Below the pieces are notes generated by a model. That model did no database searches and had not been told where the DNA came from. It saw nothing but the letters and a program-made list of their open reading frames with translations. From Eledone cirrhosa (Eukaryota), in assembly GCA_964016885.1 (NCBI GenBank), contig CAXHJY010000739.1, positions 62,001 to 126,000 on the forward strand: a stretch of 64,000 nt of DNA, written 5' to 3'. How positions within the stretch are numbered: the first letter of the stretch is position 1; the number at the start of each line of letters is the position of its first letter. The position numbers and the translations under genes were made by a program. Shown piece by piece: positions 1 to 12,185 of the stretch.

Positions 1-37
1 TATGTCTCTCTTTCAATCTAGTCTCTCACAACCACTA

Positions 38-41
<4 letters not shown>

Positions 42-86
<45 letters not shown>
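42..86. repeat. (CT)n microsatellite
   Basis: Pure CT run read directly. Confidence 0.95.
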
Positions 87-90
<4 letters not shown>

Positions 91-260
91 ATGAAGGTAC
101 CCGGAAAAACCCCATATCTCAGGAACCCATGTACCGATTTACGCGAAACTTGTTTTATTCCATTTGTATTCCTATTTCAGGGTCAACTTCTTCTTTTGGC
201 TGTATTACATTACAGACAAGCAAGCAAGCAATCACAGAGTTTTAGTAATATATAAATAGA
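87..260 (-). mobile_element. Possible non-autonomous Helitron-like 5' terminus remnant
   Basis: Minus strand from 260 reads TCTATTTATATATTACTAAAACTCTGTGATTGCTTGCTTGCTTGTCTG, resembling the TC-start plus tetranucleotide head of the Helitron at 33183. No 3' CTAG end identified. Confidence 0.35.
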
Positions 261-1006
261 TATATATATATCCTATTATTAATATAGGAATATTTTCTCT
301 CTGGACCCTCAAAGCTTCCAGTTACACGTGCACAATGAAAAAAAACAGAAGTACACATCCTTTCATTTGTCTATATATATATATATCAATCCATACCAGA
401 ATGGAAAAAATCAGAGTAAATAATTAAAATTGTGAGATATATATACTTATACACACACACAAATATTCATATATACATATATATATATATATAAGACGTA
501 AAATAAGAAAATTATAAAAATTAACTTACTTACTAAAATTTCACTCCAACTAATTAGTTTCTGAAAGGGAATAAACATGGTTTCCAAATGGAAAGCATGG
601 AGAAGCCGTTTCGCTATCAGGAAGTCTGTTCTCAGCTAAGTTACCAGGCGATGCGTGGACACAGGGAACTTATACAAAAATAATTCAGTGGATGGAAAAA
701 AGCAAGCGTGGACTAAATTCCAAGACATTGAAAAAATCACTGCCTACTTGGTCGGTGGCAAATTCAAAAGAATCAATCACGTGACATCGAGGTTAATCAG
801 TGAGGAGTGGGGTGTTAAAAAGACAGTAGCCGAGCCATTACTATGAACTATAGTAGCAGTTTTGGCAAATTTTTGCGCAACAAAATAATTTGGAGATAAT
901 TATAAAGAATTAGTATATCTACCAACATATATATATATATATATATATATTTCATTTCTGAATTTGTTTAGCAAGATTCTTTATATGAAAATGTGTGTTG
1001 AAACCA

Positions 1007-1360
1007 ATATTATTATGCTTTGGGAGGGTCATGTTGCCAATAAGAAACACATGCACCAGTTGCTTTCACTCCAATTTATTATAAATTTAAGAATTTATAA
1101 ATTTCCGGTTGGTTGGTTGGTTCCATAACCGGACGGTTGTTCATATATTGTCAAAGTTCTTTCGTCACACATTCTGTGACCTCTTTAGTGACTGGGGATT
1201 CTTGTGTGACGAAAGAACTTTGACAATATATGAACAACCGTCCGGTTATGGAACCAACCAACTGGAAATTTATAAATTTAATTTATAATAAATTGGAGTG
1301 AAAGCAACTGGTGCGTGCATTTCTTATTGGCAACATGACCCTCCCAAAGCATAACAATAT
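1007..1360. repeat. Long inverted repeat (~160-bp arms, 31-bp spacer), probably a Penelope pseudo-LTR foldback
   Basis: 1007-1171 is the near reverse complement of 1203-1360 (e.g. ATGCTTTGGGAGGGTCATGTTGCCAATAAGAAA / TTTCTTATTGGCAACATGACCCTCCCAAAGCAT). A short piece of the same family (CTTTCGTCACACATTCTG) recurs near 4807. Confidence 0.85.
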
Positions 1361-1480
1361 ATATATATTATTATTTTTTTTTTTTTTTAAGTAAACAGAG
1401 AACAAAAAACAGAAAAACGAAAAAACAGAAAAACAAATGTTATTATTATTAATTTCACGCTTGAGAGTGGGGGGTGGGGG

Positions 1481-1518
1481 ACGACGTTTCGGGCATAAGC
1501 CCTTCATCAGGAGAAAAG
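1481..1518 (-). ncRNA. Minimal hammerhead-ribozyme core of Penelope type, stem I apparently broken
   Basis: Minus strand reads CTTTTCTC-CTGATGA-A-GGGC-TTAT-GCCC-GAAA-CG-TC. No 3' partner strand for stem I is visible. Confidence 0.55.
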
Positions 1519-3490
1519 TGGGTAGGAAGAGATTTCCGAGGGGGTGTGGGGGAGTGGGGGAAAGACATTTAAAAAGGGAGGGGAGAAAAGGGAGGGTAAA
1601 AACATTTTTTTAGAGAGTAAAAAAATTTTTTAAAATAAAAATAAAAAGAAACAAGTGGTGAAAGGGTGTGAGGAATGTAAGGGTGGTGGTGGGTGGATAG
1701 GGGAGAGGGAGGCGGGGGGTCAGAGCAGGGAGGGCTGAAGGTGGTATGTGTGTGTGTATATGTGAATGTGAGAGTTGGGGGAAGAACGAGGTTCCATGTT
1801 CAGTTAAAAGGGAAACCGGTGTGTACATGGGGTGGGGTGTAAGTCGGTTTGTGTGTGCGTATGAATGGAGAGGGGTCAGAGGGGGGTGTGGGTGGAGTCC
1901 GGAGACTGAGTGTGTGTATGTGAGGATACGAACATGTGTGGTTTGTGTTTATATGTGGTGTGGATGTAGGTGGCGTGTTTCAAAAATAATATAAGTGTTT
2001 GTTGGTGTGTATGTTCCTAAGGTATTTCCATGGAGTGTAAGACCAGATGTTGCAGATTCTACGTGCGGTAGGATGGATAGCTGGAGCGATGACCGGTGGT
2101 GTAAAATCCTGGTGTGGTAGTGAGGAAGTGGAGAGATGTGGGGTGCGTGCGCAACAGGAAGTGGTCAGACACAAAAAATTTCAGTTCACTGTCCACATAG
2201 TTCCTTACATCAGAATATTCTATCCTGAAATATAATTTCCTATAATAGTGGATCACATGACACTTCAGAACATGATAGATATGACATTTTATAGGAGTTA
2301 ATATGAACCAAATATACTTTTGGAATAACTCTCTCCTACTGAAATAATCCCAACATGTCTTGGAGAAGAGGCCTCCCTTTTTAGAGTAATCCACACTCAA
2401 TCGTATGTTACAAGGTCTACTGAAGCTTCCCTGTTATCTTTCAGTAAACTCTACACACTAGCAGCATTTATGTGGGTCACAATGAATCTAAAGTGCTGAA
2501 ATAACCAAACAGCCTCACATATATATGTTTGCACATGTGGGTGGGTATATGTGTGTGTGTATATCTAGAGAAGGAAATCTCTAAATCTCTGATACATATA
2601 AACTCAAAGATCACCCCATTTTGGAAGGAAAGCTACAAGAATCTATAGATGTTGGTTCCAGTGTGACGTTATACAAGAAAACATGCAGTCTGGAGTTCAT
2701 ACACAGAATTATAATAACATTTAATAAATTTTGTCTTAGAGTCCTACTTGTCACAAGGTTTTGGTGCTCAGGCATGCCTTAGAACATTCTGGGTGGGTGC
2801 TCAAATTCTCTAGGGATTAAAAAAAAATTGATGTAATCACAGGTGGGAGCATTCATGTGGTTGCTGCCTGCTATGATTAAATTAAATTGTAGATGAGCTA
2901 TACCCATGACCCTTGTAGTTCCACTCAAACTGGCGAGTTTGATGTAGTTGCTATTCTGTTTGGATGTCTGTAGGCATGACATGGCTAAGGAGGAGAGTTT
3001 TGGGGTGAAATTATTAGGAGAAAAGTGGTTAGTAGCTGGCTTGTTTATAAGATGTTAAGTACATGAGCTAGGAAGACGACACATGGTATGGCAAACAAAA
3101 AGAGAAGCAGTTTAATCATGTTGAATTGAAATTAATGTAAGAAGAATTTATTATTGTCAATTTCTTTTTTGTTCTGGGTCACAGGACCTTTTATACTGAC
3201 CAACAGAAAAGTTTATTTTTGGTTTAATCCCTCTTAATGTGCAATTAAATTTCTCCAGTGCATTTGTTGATCCAGGTCCAACCTTAGACATGTAGTTTAG
3301 TGACATATTCCTAAACATTTCATATTCTATTAATAATTATCATTTATCAATGATATTACACATGTAATATAATTAAACTTAATAGCAAGCATTTATCAAC
3401 CAACAACAGAAAGAGTGTTTCCAACATATATCAAATGTTCTCCCTTCTCTAGTGAAACTTTTTCTTTATACTATGGTAATACTATGATCA

Positions 3491-3630
3491 GGCAGTGAAT
3501 TGGCAGAGTCATTAAAATGTCGGATAGAATGCTTTGCAGTATTCATTCCGGCTACCAGCACTCTCTGAGGTCAACTTTACTTTTCATCCTTTCAAGGTTG
3601 ATATAAAATGTACCAGTACTGGGATCAATT
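3491..3630 (+). mobile_element. tRNA-derived SINE (family A), diverged
   Basis: A-box-like TGGCAGAGTCATT and body GAGGTCAACTTTACTTTTCATCCTTT shared with other copies in the window. Confidence 0.7.
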
Positions 3631-4499
3631 TTTCCTCCATATATTTTTCTCAGTCTGTCTCTCTCTCCCTCTCTGGTGGAAATCTGTTGTGTTCAAATCT
3701 TGAGTGGGGATGGGTTCCGCCAAGTTTAAAGTACCCAAGATACGTTGTATATCATTACTGATCCATCAGGAGTTACGGGTATATACATCATCGTCATTAT
3801 CATTTTCGTTTTAACATCCGCTTTCCCTGCTAACAATGTCATTATCACAGTCAATACATTTTTTAAAAATCTCAGTCGTATTCTTCTGAACCGGAGTTGG
3901 GGATGTTTTTAGTATCAGGACAAATTGCAAGTACATAAAATCCTATGAGGGTGCATCTGTACCAAGAATGATGATGAATCTTTAATTCTGAAAGTTTAGT
4001 TATACAGCTTATATTAAATTACAGTTTTGATCATAAGTCATACATTTTTTTTCTGCCTGAATTTTACAGACTTCATCTGTGGTCGATTAGTACAATTAAT
4101 GAATTGCAAGTGAGAGTGCAAAAGAATTGTAGTTAAAACAGAAAACAAAAAAGAACGAACATGTTTAAATATAATGGAATATACACATATTTCTTTTTGT
4201 ATTTCTTTTGCAAGATTCCTGTTGTTCAATCATTATCATCATCATCACTATTTTACGTCTATGTGTTGAAATTTGTTATAATTTTGGGAAGGTCATACTG
4301 TCAATATACTACCCCCACCTCCCAGTGTACCAGTTGAGTTTCACTTCAGTTTTATTATCAGTTTACCCTTTCATTCTTCCAGGGTGGATAAAATAAAGTA
4401 CCAATAATGCACAGTGGTCTATTTAATTGAGTTTTTTTCCTTCCCTTCACAGTGCTGGTCTTGTACCAAATGTAGAAACAATTATTAGTTAGGTAACTA

Positions 4500-4717
4500 G
4501 GGCAGTAGATTAGGAGAATCATTAAAACGTCGAACAAAATACTTTGCAGCATATAGAGTTACAGCCCTTTATGTTCTGAGTTCAAATTTTGCAGTTGTCA
4601 ACTTTGCCTTTCCATCCTTCTTCGGTTGATAAAATAACGTACCAGGAATGTACTGGGTCGATATAGTCGGCTTTCCCCTAACAACAAACTTTTGGCTTTC
4701 TGCCTAAATTAGAAATT
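4500..4717 (+). mobile_element. tRNA-derived SINE (family A) with 19-bp TSD, inserted in the ATT tail of an older SINE (~4330-4486)
   Basis: B-box-like GAGTTCAAAT and family body. Identical flanks ATTATTAGTTAGGTAACTA at 4481-4499 and 4718-4736. Confidence 0.85.
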
Positions 4718-5282
4718 ATTATTAGTTAGGTAACTAAACTAATCTATTCTTTGGTTAGTTTAATTACTGGGTCGTTATTTAATTGTCATATTTGATAGTT
4801 AAAACTCTTTCGTCACACATTCTGCAACTTTCTCAAGGATTATTTTGCTCCTCTGTGTCTCCTCTTTGTTTTGATTTTGTTTTATTTATTCCATCTTGTT
4901 ATTCTCTATGTAGTATTTATAAAGATTATAGTTGAAATTGAAAAAAAAAGAAAGAAAGAAACTGCTAAATGTAATGGAAATTGTATTCAAATTTTGTTCT
5001 TTCCGTTTTGCTAGCAACGTATGTACACAAACAGAAAATCAGTGTATGTGTACTATTGCAATGCCATATATACACACAGGAAATAGCACAGTTTATTCTA
5101 AATGGAATGAATATTTATTAAATAAGATAGTAAAGTTTATATAATAAATAGTGAAATGAAAAAGATAGAGAAAAAAAAAGGAAGAAAAAGATAGAGAAAT
5201 TAAGAAATGAAAAAAGTAAAAGAGGGAATGAAGAAACAGACTGCTTGACATCCCAGCCTGAGTGACATGCTTTAGCTATGCC

Positions 5283-5800
5283 CAGCTGCCAAAATGGCGA
5301 AGGCATTGCTGGGGAGAATGGTCAGTGACACTCACTGTAGCAGCCACCCTACCTCACAGGGTTCCTTCCTCAGGTGAGCTTCAGTTTTCTCGATTTTGCA
5401 GAGGTAAGTAGCATTTCAGGGACTGACATGAAAAGGAAGTGGTTGATCAAGTCCCAGTATTTGGTTATTTTCCTCTCTTCTGCATCTCAGGTGGCAGAGC
5501 CCAGATTTGCAGCAGAAGCTTTATGGCTGGAGGCAGAGAGTTGCATCCCAGATTAGGGATTTACCTCCCTTGAATGTGAAGATAGTTATCCCTCCTGGGA
5601 TCTTACCATCACCATGGTCGATATCAGCTGGCTCTAGTTATGATGGGAAGTCAGTCACATTGAGATTTCTTCTGATTATGTTGTTCACAGAGACATATTA
5701 AGGGAACTGACCTGCACTATGGTGGCAGGATAGTTAGTGCAGACCGAACTGGATTGTAGCGCTGAGAAGATATGTGTCATTTCTCAATGTTAGCCATGCC
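5283..5800 (-). mobile_element. Decayed C-terminus of a CRE-clade non-LTR retrotransposon (restriction-like endonuclease region)
   Basis: Manual minus-strand translation gives VNNIIRRNLNVTDFPS*LEP, DGKIPGGITIFTFKGGKSLIWDATL, AEERKITKYWDL and WLLQ*VSLTILPSNAFAIL. These match the CRE-type DGKRPDG..LxWD / AExxKxxKY / QRISxxxQRGNA series. Confidence 0.7.
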
Positions 5801-5867
5801 CCAGTCAGAACAGGTTTACTGAAAGACAAGCTAACCATATAATAATGAAAATAATAATAATAATAAT

Positions 5868-6082
5868 GATTTCTAGTATAGGCACAAGGCCAGTAATTTG
5901 GGGGAAGGGGAAGTCGATTAAATCGACCCCAGTACGTTACTGGTGCTTTATTTCATCGACCCTGTAAGGATGAAAGGCAAAGTTAACCTCGGCGGGATTT
6001 GAACACAGACAGTAAAGGGCCGTAACTCTATGTTGCAAAGCATGGTGTCTAACTCTCCACCGATACTGCCAATCCACCGCGT
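5868..6082 (-). mobile_element. tRNA-derived SINE (family A), near full length
   Basis: Minus strand GCGGTGGATTGGCAGTATCGG (A box) and GTTCAAATCCCGCC (B box), ending TAGAAATC plus (ATT)n. Flanked by (AAT)n on both sides. Confidence 0.9.
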
Positions 6083-6371
6083 ATTTTTTAATAATAATAA
6101 TAATAATAATAATAATGCTTTCTTTATTAACCACAAGGGTTGACACAAAGTAAGACATTAAGGACAATACAGGACAATACAGGACGGTACAAATGGGCAT
6201 TTCTGCGTGTAAAAAAAAACAAAAACAGAGGATGTAACAAAACAAAAAGAAACAATGTAAAATTCCCCAATAGAGACTTCCAAGGGACATTCGTGGAGAA
6301 AGCGCATTAAAAAAGCCATGGTGACCCTGACCACCAGGGCAAGTGCCCTCTCCCAGTTTTCCACCTTCATT

Positions 6372-9300
6372 TTACAGGCACATACTCAGGGCCATTCTTC
6401 CCTCTCTCACCCATCTTTCAACAAAATGCTGGGAAGAGAGCACTTCCCTCTTTACCCTGATTTTCATTTTCAAATGAAATTTGAAAAAGTTAATCAGGGC
6501 ATCACCGAAGAGGTAAGTGCTCATCTTCAGCCCTTTCAAATGCGTCCACCATACTATCTCTTTCGCCATGGCCACCAGACAGTTAAAAACTGCCTGCCCT
6601 TCCCAGCTAAAGGAAGAGGGTGGGGCAATCCTCACGATGGACTCAGCTAATAGCCGAATCCGTCCTACACACGACAACAGGTGTTCGACATAAACCCACA
6701 AGTCAGCAATGCTCGGGCACTGGACGAGTGCGTGCAGGACTGTTTCGCCGCCCTGCGCGCATCTCGGACATGCCCAGCTGACGGCACCTCCATGCCTGTA
6801 GAGTTTATCCTGAACTGGCAAAGCCCCTCGGTAGCACTGCCAGGCCAGGGATTTCTGGAAGTTGCCCTGGCCCGAAAGTTCTTCCGAAGAGATTGGCTAG
6901 TTGATTTTCATCGACGCCTAGAGTTTCCCCAAGTACGTCGTCACTCTTCCCCTCCACTAATCCTCTATAGAATGCCAAGGTGGAGTTTCCACTGATCACT
7001 TTGCCCAACTGGTCGAGGGCTGTGAGCGCCTGAAGACATTCCAGTCTCGAAGCGCTCACTCTCGGTCTTCGCTTGACCCAGGAATGCAGCTCCGTCAAGG
7101 AGACGAGCTGGGGAAAGACACGTCTAGCAAAGACACGTCTAGCAAAGACACGTCTAGCAAAGACACGTCTAGCGACCACACCTGATCACCGTCGAGGAAG
7201 AGGTGGAGATGTTGTAGCTTGAGCGCGTGTCTGCGCATCATCAACCACGGCATGCCCAGCTCTCCACATAGCGGGTGTTGACAGCAGATGAACTGCCTGA
7301 CCATCGGAGCGTATCTCTTCCACAAAAAGCGAAAGAGAAAATGCTCCAGCGCAGTCAGGCGAGGCTTAGGACAAGGCAGTAGTAGATGACGGACGCGATG
7401 TACACATTCGCCACCTCCGCTCAACCTTTCAGGGATAGCTTCCTCTCTGCCCAATTCTGGGTGAGAGAAGCCACCCTGCTCGTCACCTCGTCCCAGTTTT
7501 TGTCCATCTGGAGGTCCGGACCGAACCAGACTCTTAGCAATTTAACCGGTCCGTCCGTCCAGTGCCCGACGACGCTGTTGGATGGCATGGACCTGCCTCT
7601 CCAGGTGCTGAGCTGCAGGCCCACCAACTTTTCCTGGTTGATCATTGCTACTGTCACCGCTTCGTATTCTCTTAGTGTAGTGCCGATTGCCTTGATGTGT
7701 TTGGCATTCGACACCACTACAGTGAGATCGTCCGCATATGCTGACACAGATCTTCCGCATCCTAGTTTGCGCGGGACCCCCCTCAACGTCTCCAGTTTGT
7801 GCAGTAATGGCTCAAGAGTCAATACGTACAAGAGGGACGAGAGAGGACATCCTTGGTGGACCGAGCGCATGATGTTGAACGGTTCCGAAAGGTGACCGTT
7901 CACTCTCACCACAGAGCAGATGTCGCTGTGCATGGCAGCTATCCAGCCTCTGAAGATGGGCCCAAAGCCAGCCGCCCTCAGGACTGTCGCCAGATAACGG
8001 TGGTCGACCCTATCAAAAGCTTTCGACTGATCTAAATTGATCAAGGACCTACCCGTGCCAGGTTCCCTAGCTACCCTCTCCACGATGTATTGCATGAGGT
8101 GGAGGTTGTCATGGATGGATCTGTCTGGAATGGCTCATGTCTGCACGTCTCCCATCAGACCACCAACAACAAGCACCAACCTTTTTGCTAGCACCTTGGC
8201 CAAAATCTTGAACTCTGTGTTTAGCAGAGTTATGGGCCTGAAATTATCTATGTTAACCCCCTTGTTCGGATCCTTTCTCAGCAGAGCCACTGCTCCTCAG
8301 CTCACAGACCTGGAAATTCTCCTGTTCTGTTGCCAGTTGCAGTAGACGTCCGCCAAGAGGCCTCCGAACAAGTCTGGCATCTGTACGTAAAGTTCATAGG
8401 GCACACCATCCAAACCAGGTGATTTACCCCTTGTGCAGCCAGTCATTGCCTCCCTTACTTCAGCGGCTGTTATCGGCTTTTCGCAACACTCCGCCTCAGT
8501 GGCCGAGAGCCGCGGCAGTCTGTTGAGGTAGGCACTAAAGTCCATCCCTCGATCTGGCCCGCCGCTGCTCCCCGAACAGCTGAGCGAAGTGTCGCTGAAA
8601 AGCTTCACACATTTGCCCGGGATCGAGTAGCATGCGCCCGTCGTGGTCCACCAAAGACCGGATCGTGGCTTTGTTGCCACGACGCGCCTCCGCCACTTGG
8701 GCCCATTGAATGGCTTTCGTCCCCTCGTGTCTGAGAGCACGCACCCTAGCTCTGACAATGCAGCCTTCGTGCTTTGCATTGAAGAATTGGTCAAGGGCCA
8801 ATTTTGCTGCAAGTACGTTGGTCACGGTGCCTTTACTAACCGCCTCGTCTAATTTTCTAACTAGTTCTCCCTCTGCTCTATTTTTCTCTATTGCTAAAGC
8901 CTTATTAAACCTAATGGACTCTATTCTAATCGCTCTTTTCAGAGCAAACCACCATTTGTTGTTGACGATGGACCCCGTCAACACCCGCTTAACTAATTCG
9001 CTAATCCGGTCTCTGTAGGCCTTGCACGCTGTTAATGACGTGTTTAGTCCCTGTCTATGAAGCCTATCTAATTCAACCTCACAGATCACGAATTTGTGGT
9101 CCGTGTAGTCGACTATTTTGAAATGTGGGCAGCCTATGCTAGACCTATCTATTTCCCTATAAAATACTCTATCTAGATATGATTGGGATGACCCGATGCG
9201 GTTTATCCATGTCCCCATTGGCACATTCGGGAAATCCAGACGGTACCTGTCAGACAGTTGAAACCGTCTGAGCAGGTTTGCGAGGCTTTTACACCCTTCT

Positions 9301-9776
9301 CCCCTATCCGCTAATCCCACACAGTCCCAGCGTGCATCTAAGATCCTGTTCCAGTCGCCCACTAACACTAAAGAGTGGGACGTTCCAAGAAAGGTCTCCA
9401 GACACCGGAAGAAATCAGGCCACCCTGCTCCTATCGGGGCATAGACGGCCACTAGCCTGAAAGCTTGCCTGTCTCCGCTAGTCACGTTCAGCACCACCAA
9501 CTTACCTTCTGGGTCCAGGAAGATGGCCCGTATGGCGAGATCCAAACCTCTCCGAAAAAGTACAGCAACTCCTCCCCCCGATCCAGGACGGCTGGGAGAT
9601 GTGTACACATCGTAGCCGCAGAAGATCAGCGCGAAGGTTCATGCTTCAGAGATTCTGGTCTCGCTGATGGCCACCACATTTATGTTTAGTGACCTGAGGT
9701 CGTTGAGCAAGTGGCCCTGCTTCCGTGACAACCTCAGGCCACGCGCATTTATGCTACCTACTCTGAGTGAGGTCAT
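6372..9776 (-). pseudogene. Tx1-type LINE ORF2 (APE endonuclease, reverse transcriptase, C-terminal CCHC finger), frameshifted
   Basis: ATG at 9776 gives MTSLRVGSINARGL. ORF fragments contain VYAP, LVGDWN, YLDR, TDHK (APE); KSPGLDG, LDQSKAFDRVDH, QGCPLS, AYADD (RT); CPRC..ETVLHALVQCP. Several frameshifts and stops. Confidence 0.93.
7114..7173. repeat. 4 x 15-bp perfect tandem (AAAGACACGTCTAGC) inside ORF2
   Basis: Read directly; translates as ARRVF x4. Confidence 0.95.
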
Positions 9777-9811
9777 GTTGAAAAGGAGTGGAAAAAGATG
9801 GTAAAGACCAT

Positions 9812-11716
9812 TTACCTCACTTCTCGTAGAGGAAGGATGGTTATTCCATCCTTCTCACTGCTTGTGGCCTCCTCCGGAAGGATGTCCTTATAAATCCTCC
9901 TGGAGAGTGTTTGTTGGAAGTCTCCGATGTCCTTGGGGAATTTTTGTTTTAGTGTCGTGAACGTTTTCTGTGAGATGCGAGTGATTTGTATGTGTGGAGG
10001 TGGTGTGAATTTTTGGGGTGTTGTGTAGTCTTTTTCTGTGATGCTGGTGTTGTGTTGGATGTAGTGTAATAATTGGTTGTTGTTCAAATTTAATTGTTTC
10101 TACTTTAGGTACAAGGCCAGCAATTACCCAGTGCATTATTGGTACTTTATTTTATCGACCCCGTAAGGATGAAAGGCAAAGTCAACCTCGGCGGGATTTG
10201 AACTCAGATCGTAAAGGGACGTAACTATGCTGGAAAGCATGGCGTCCGACCCTCTACCGATACTGCCAATCCACCGCGGTTGTTGTTCAAATTTAATGCT
10301 GTGTATTGTGTATCGTTTTGGTTGTTTTGTTTTGTTTGCGTTTGTTGTGGGTTTTATTTCTGTTTCGCATTTTGGTGATTTTTGTGGTGTTGGTGATGGT
10401 GGTGTTGGCGTTAATGATGGTGATGGTGTTGGTGTTTGTGGTGATGGGGCTGGTGATGCTGGTGTGGGTGGTGGGATAGCTGTCTTAACTTTTTTGTTTG
10501 TTTGCTTATTTGTTCCCCCCAGCAATTTGTTTTTCGAGGGCGAAGGAAGAGGATTTTTTTCTTTTTTGGGTTCTTTTTTCCTGATACAGTTTCCCACTCC
10601 TCATCATCACAATCTGGCTCCAGTTGTGATAGGTCGGGGAGTGGAAAATCCTCCACAGGCGATGGTTTTGGTTGTGGCCTGGTGGATGGTGGAGGCGCTG
10701 GTGCTAATTCTGGCGCGATGGGTGGTGATGGTGTTGGTTTTGCTACTGTTGCTGCTACAGTTGCTTCTGTTGTTGCTGCTACAGTTGTTGCTGCCATTTC
10801 TGCTGCTGGTGGTTTTGATGGTTGAGTCACTGGGGTGGGTAGGAGAAGTGGCCTCAACTTTTTAGTCTGAGGGCAGAAAGCCTTTAGGTGGGTTCCTTCA
10901 GCATAAACGACACACCTAGGCCTTCTACCCTCAATGATTACGGTGAAGTGGCTGCCGTCATTGAGGTCTATCACCTCTGGAATTTCCTCAATGTTTTTTT
11001 GGTCCACTTGGATCAGGAGCTCCATCCCAGATCCGGACCAGTTCTCCTGCTTTTCTTTTGTTACCTTAATTATTTTCGTGTTGACCTCGATGCCGGCGAG
11101 GACGGCAGCCATTAGCCAGGGAATTTCGATGGCTGGCGGAACGTGGGTCACCCTGATCTTCACGAATCTCTGACCACAATAGCTTGGGACGAGTCATCAT
11201 TTCTTAATGGGGCCATGGAGTGCTCTCTGGCTTCCTTCCTGTGGTGTTCCAAAGAACATGTCCACGGTTCCATACTTCTGCCCACGTCTGATGTGGGTTT
11301 TTTTCGCCCACACATGTCCCAAAGCTTTTTGTATTTGGGACTCGGATGCCCGTTCCACTCGGCGTGATTTTGTGTTTATCGTCCGATATGACACGGTGCA
11401 AAGGCGCCGATGCTCTATTTTATTAGATGGGGCGGGGTGTGAGGCTGACCCTGTACCCATCTTTTTTTACCATTCGCTTGGCTTCATTTAATTCATCCTG
11501 GTTTACCTCGATTGTTTCGCTTTTCTTGGCTGCTTTGGCAAACGACACATTTTGTTTTGCGCTGGTGTTGATGTTGTTGTCGTTATTCTCATTGTTGTTG
11601 TTGCTGTTGTTGTTATTATTATTTTTGTTATTGTTATTTTTAGTTTCAGTTGTGGTGGAGGTGGTCGTGGTGTCAGTGGTGTTCGGTGTGGAAGAGTCGA
11701 TTCTGGGTGAATCCAT
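9812..11716 (-). pseudogene. Tx1-type LINE ORF1 (gag-like, degenerate zinc knuckle), frameshifted and SINE-interrupted
   Basis: Fragments MDSPRID..SFAKAAKK, KIRVTHVPPAI..VIIEGRRPRC..HLKAFCP and a Pro/Thr-rich tail, directly upstream of ORF2. Confidence 0.75.
10095..10277 (-). mobile_element. SINE (family A, short-3' subfamily) inserted in LINE ORF1 with 20-bp TSD
   Basis: TSD GGTTGTTGTTCAAATTTAAT at 10075-10094 and 10278-10297; A and B boxes on the minus strand. Confidence 0.92.
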
Positions 11717-12185
11717 TTCGATGTCACGAGATAATTTATTTTTTTTGTTTCTGTTGTCGCTGTGGTGGTGGTGGGGGTGGCGGCTTTAACACCTGCAGTT
11801 ATTGGTAATGGCAGGAAATGAATGTCTGCATGTGATAAATTTAAATTATTGCCACTGCTTATATTTTTAGTGTTGGCAAGCGTAGTAATGTCTTGAATGG
11901 TGGTGGTGGGAGGTGCTGGTTTGTTAGGAAGGCTGTCAGCTTTGTGTGGCTGAGAGCCGTCCATGTTTTTTTTCAAAGAAAGTTTTTGTTTGATAATTAT
12001 AAAAGTTAAAATTTGGGGCTCAAGGCCCCAAATTTTTTAGTGTCCTTTTCAGAAAGCAATATATGTGAACTTATAAACACTTAACAACAAAAATTTTCCA
12101 TAACTGGCAATTTGAAACAACTGAAAACAACAAACCTTTTCGGAGCTCACGATAATACGATTTCCTACGTAGGTCGCCAATAATA

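Larger units (their letters stand above)
6117..12178 (-). mobile_element. Full-length (~6.06 kb) decayed Tx1/L1-clade LINE inserted in (AAT)n
   Basis: 5'UTR, ORF1 and ORF2 (APE + RT + CCHC) in order, AATAAA at 6128-6123, then an (ATT)n tail. Both ends abut AAT repeats (6090-6116 and 12179-12193). Confidence 0.92.

Noticed and set aside
1980-3000. Possible additional Penelope coding remnants
   Set aside because: Only vague motif resemblance; not supportable without a profile search.
10227-10865. 212-aa hydrophobic plus-strand ORF, and similar ORFs at 11427-11789 and 7386-7895
   Set aside because: Antisense shadows of the Tx1 LINE ORFs.
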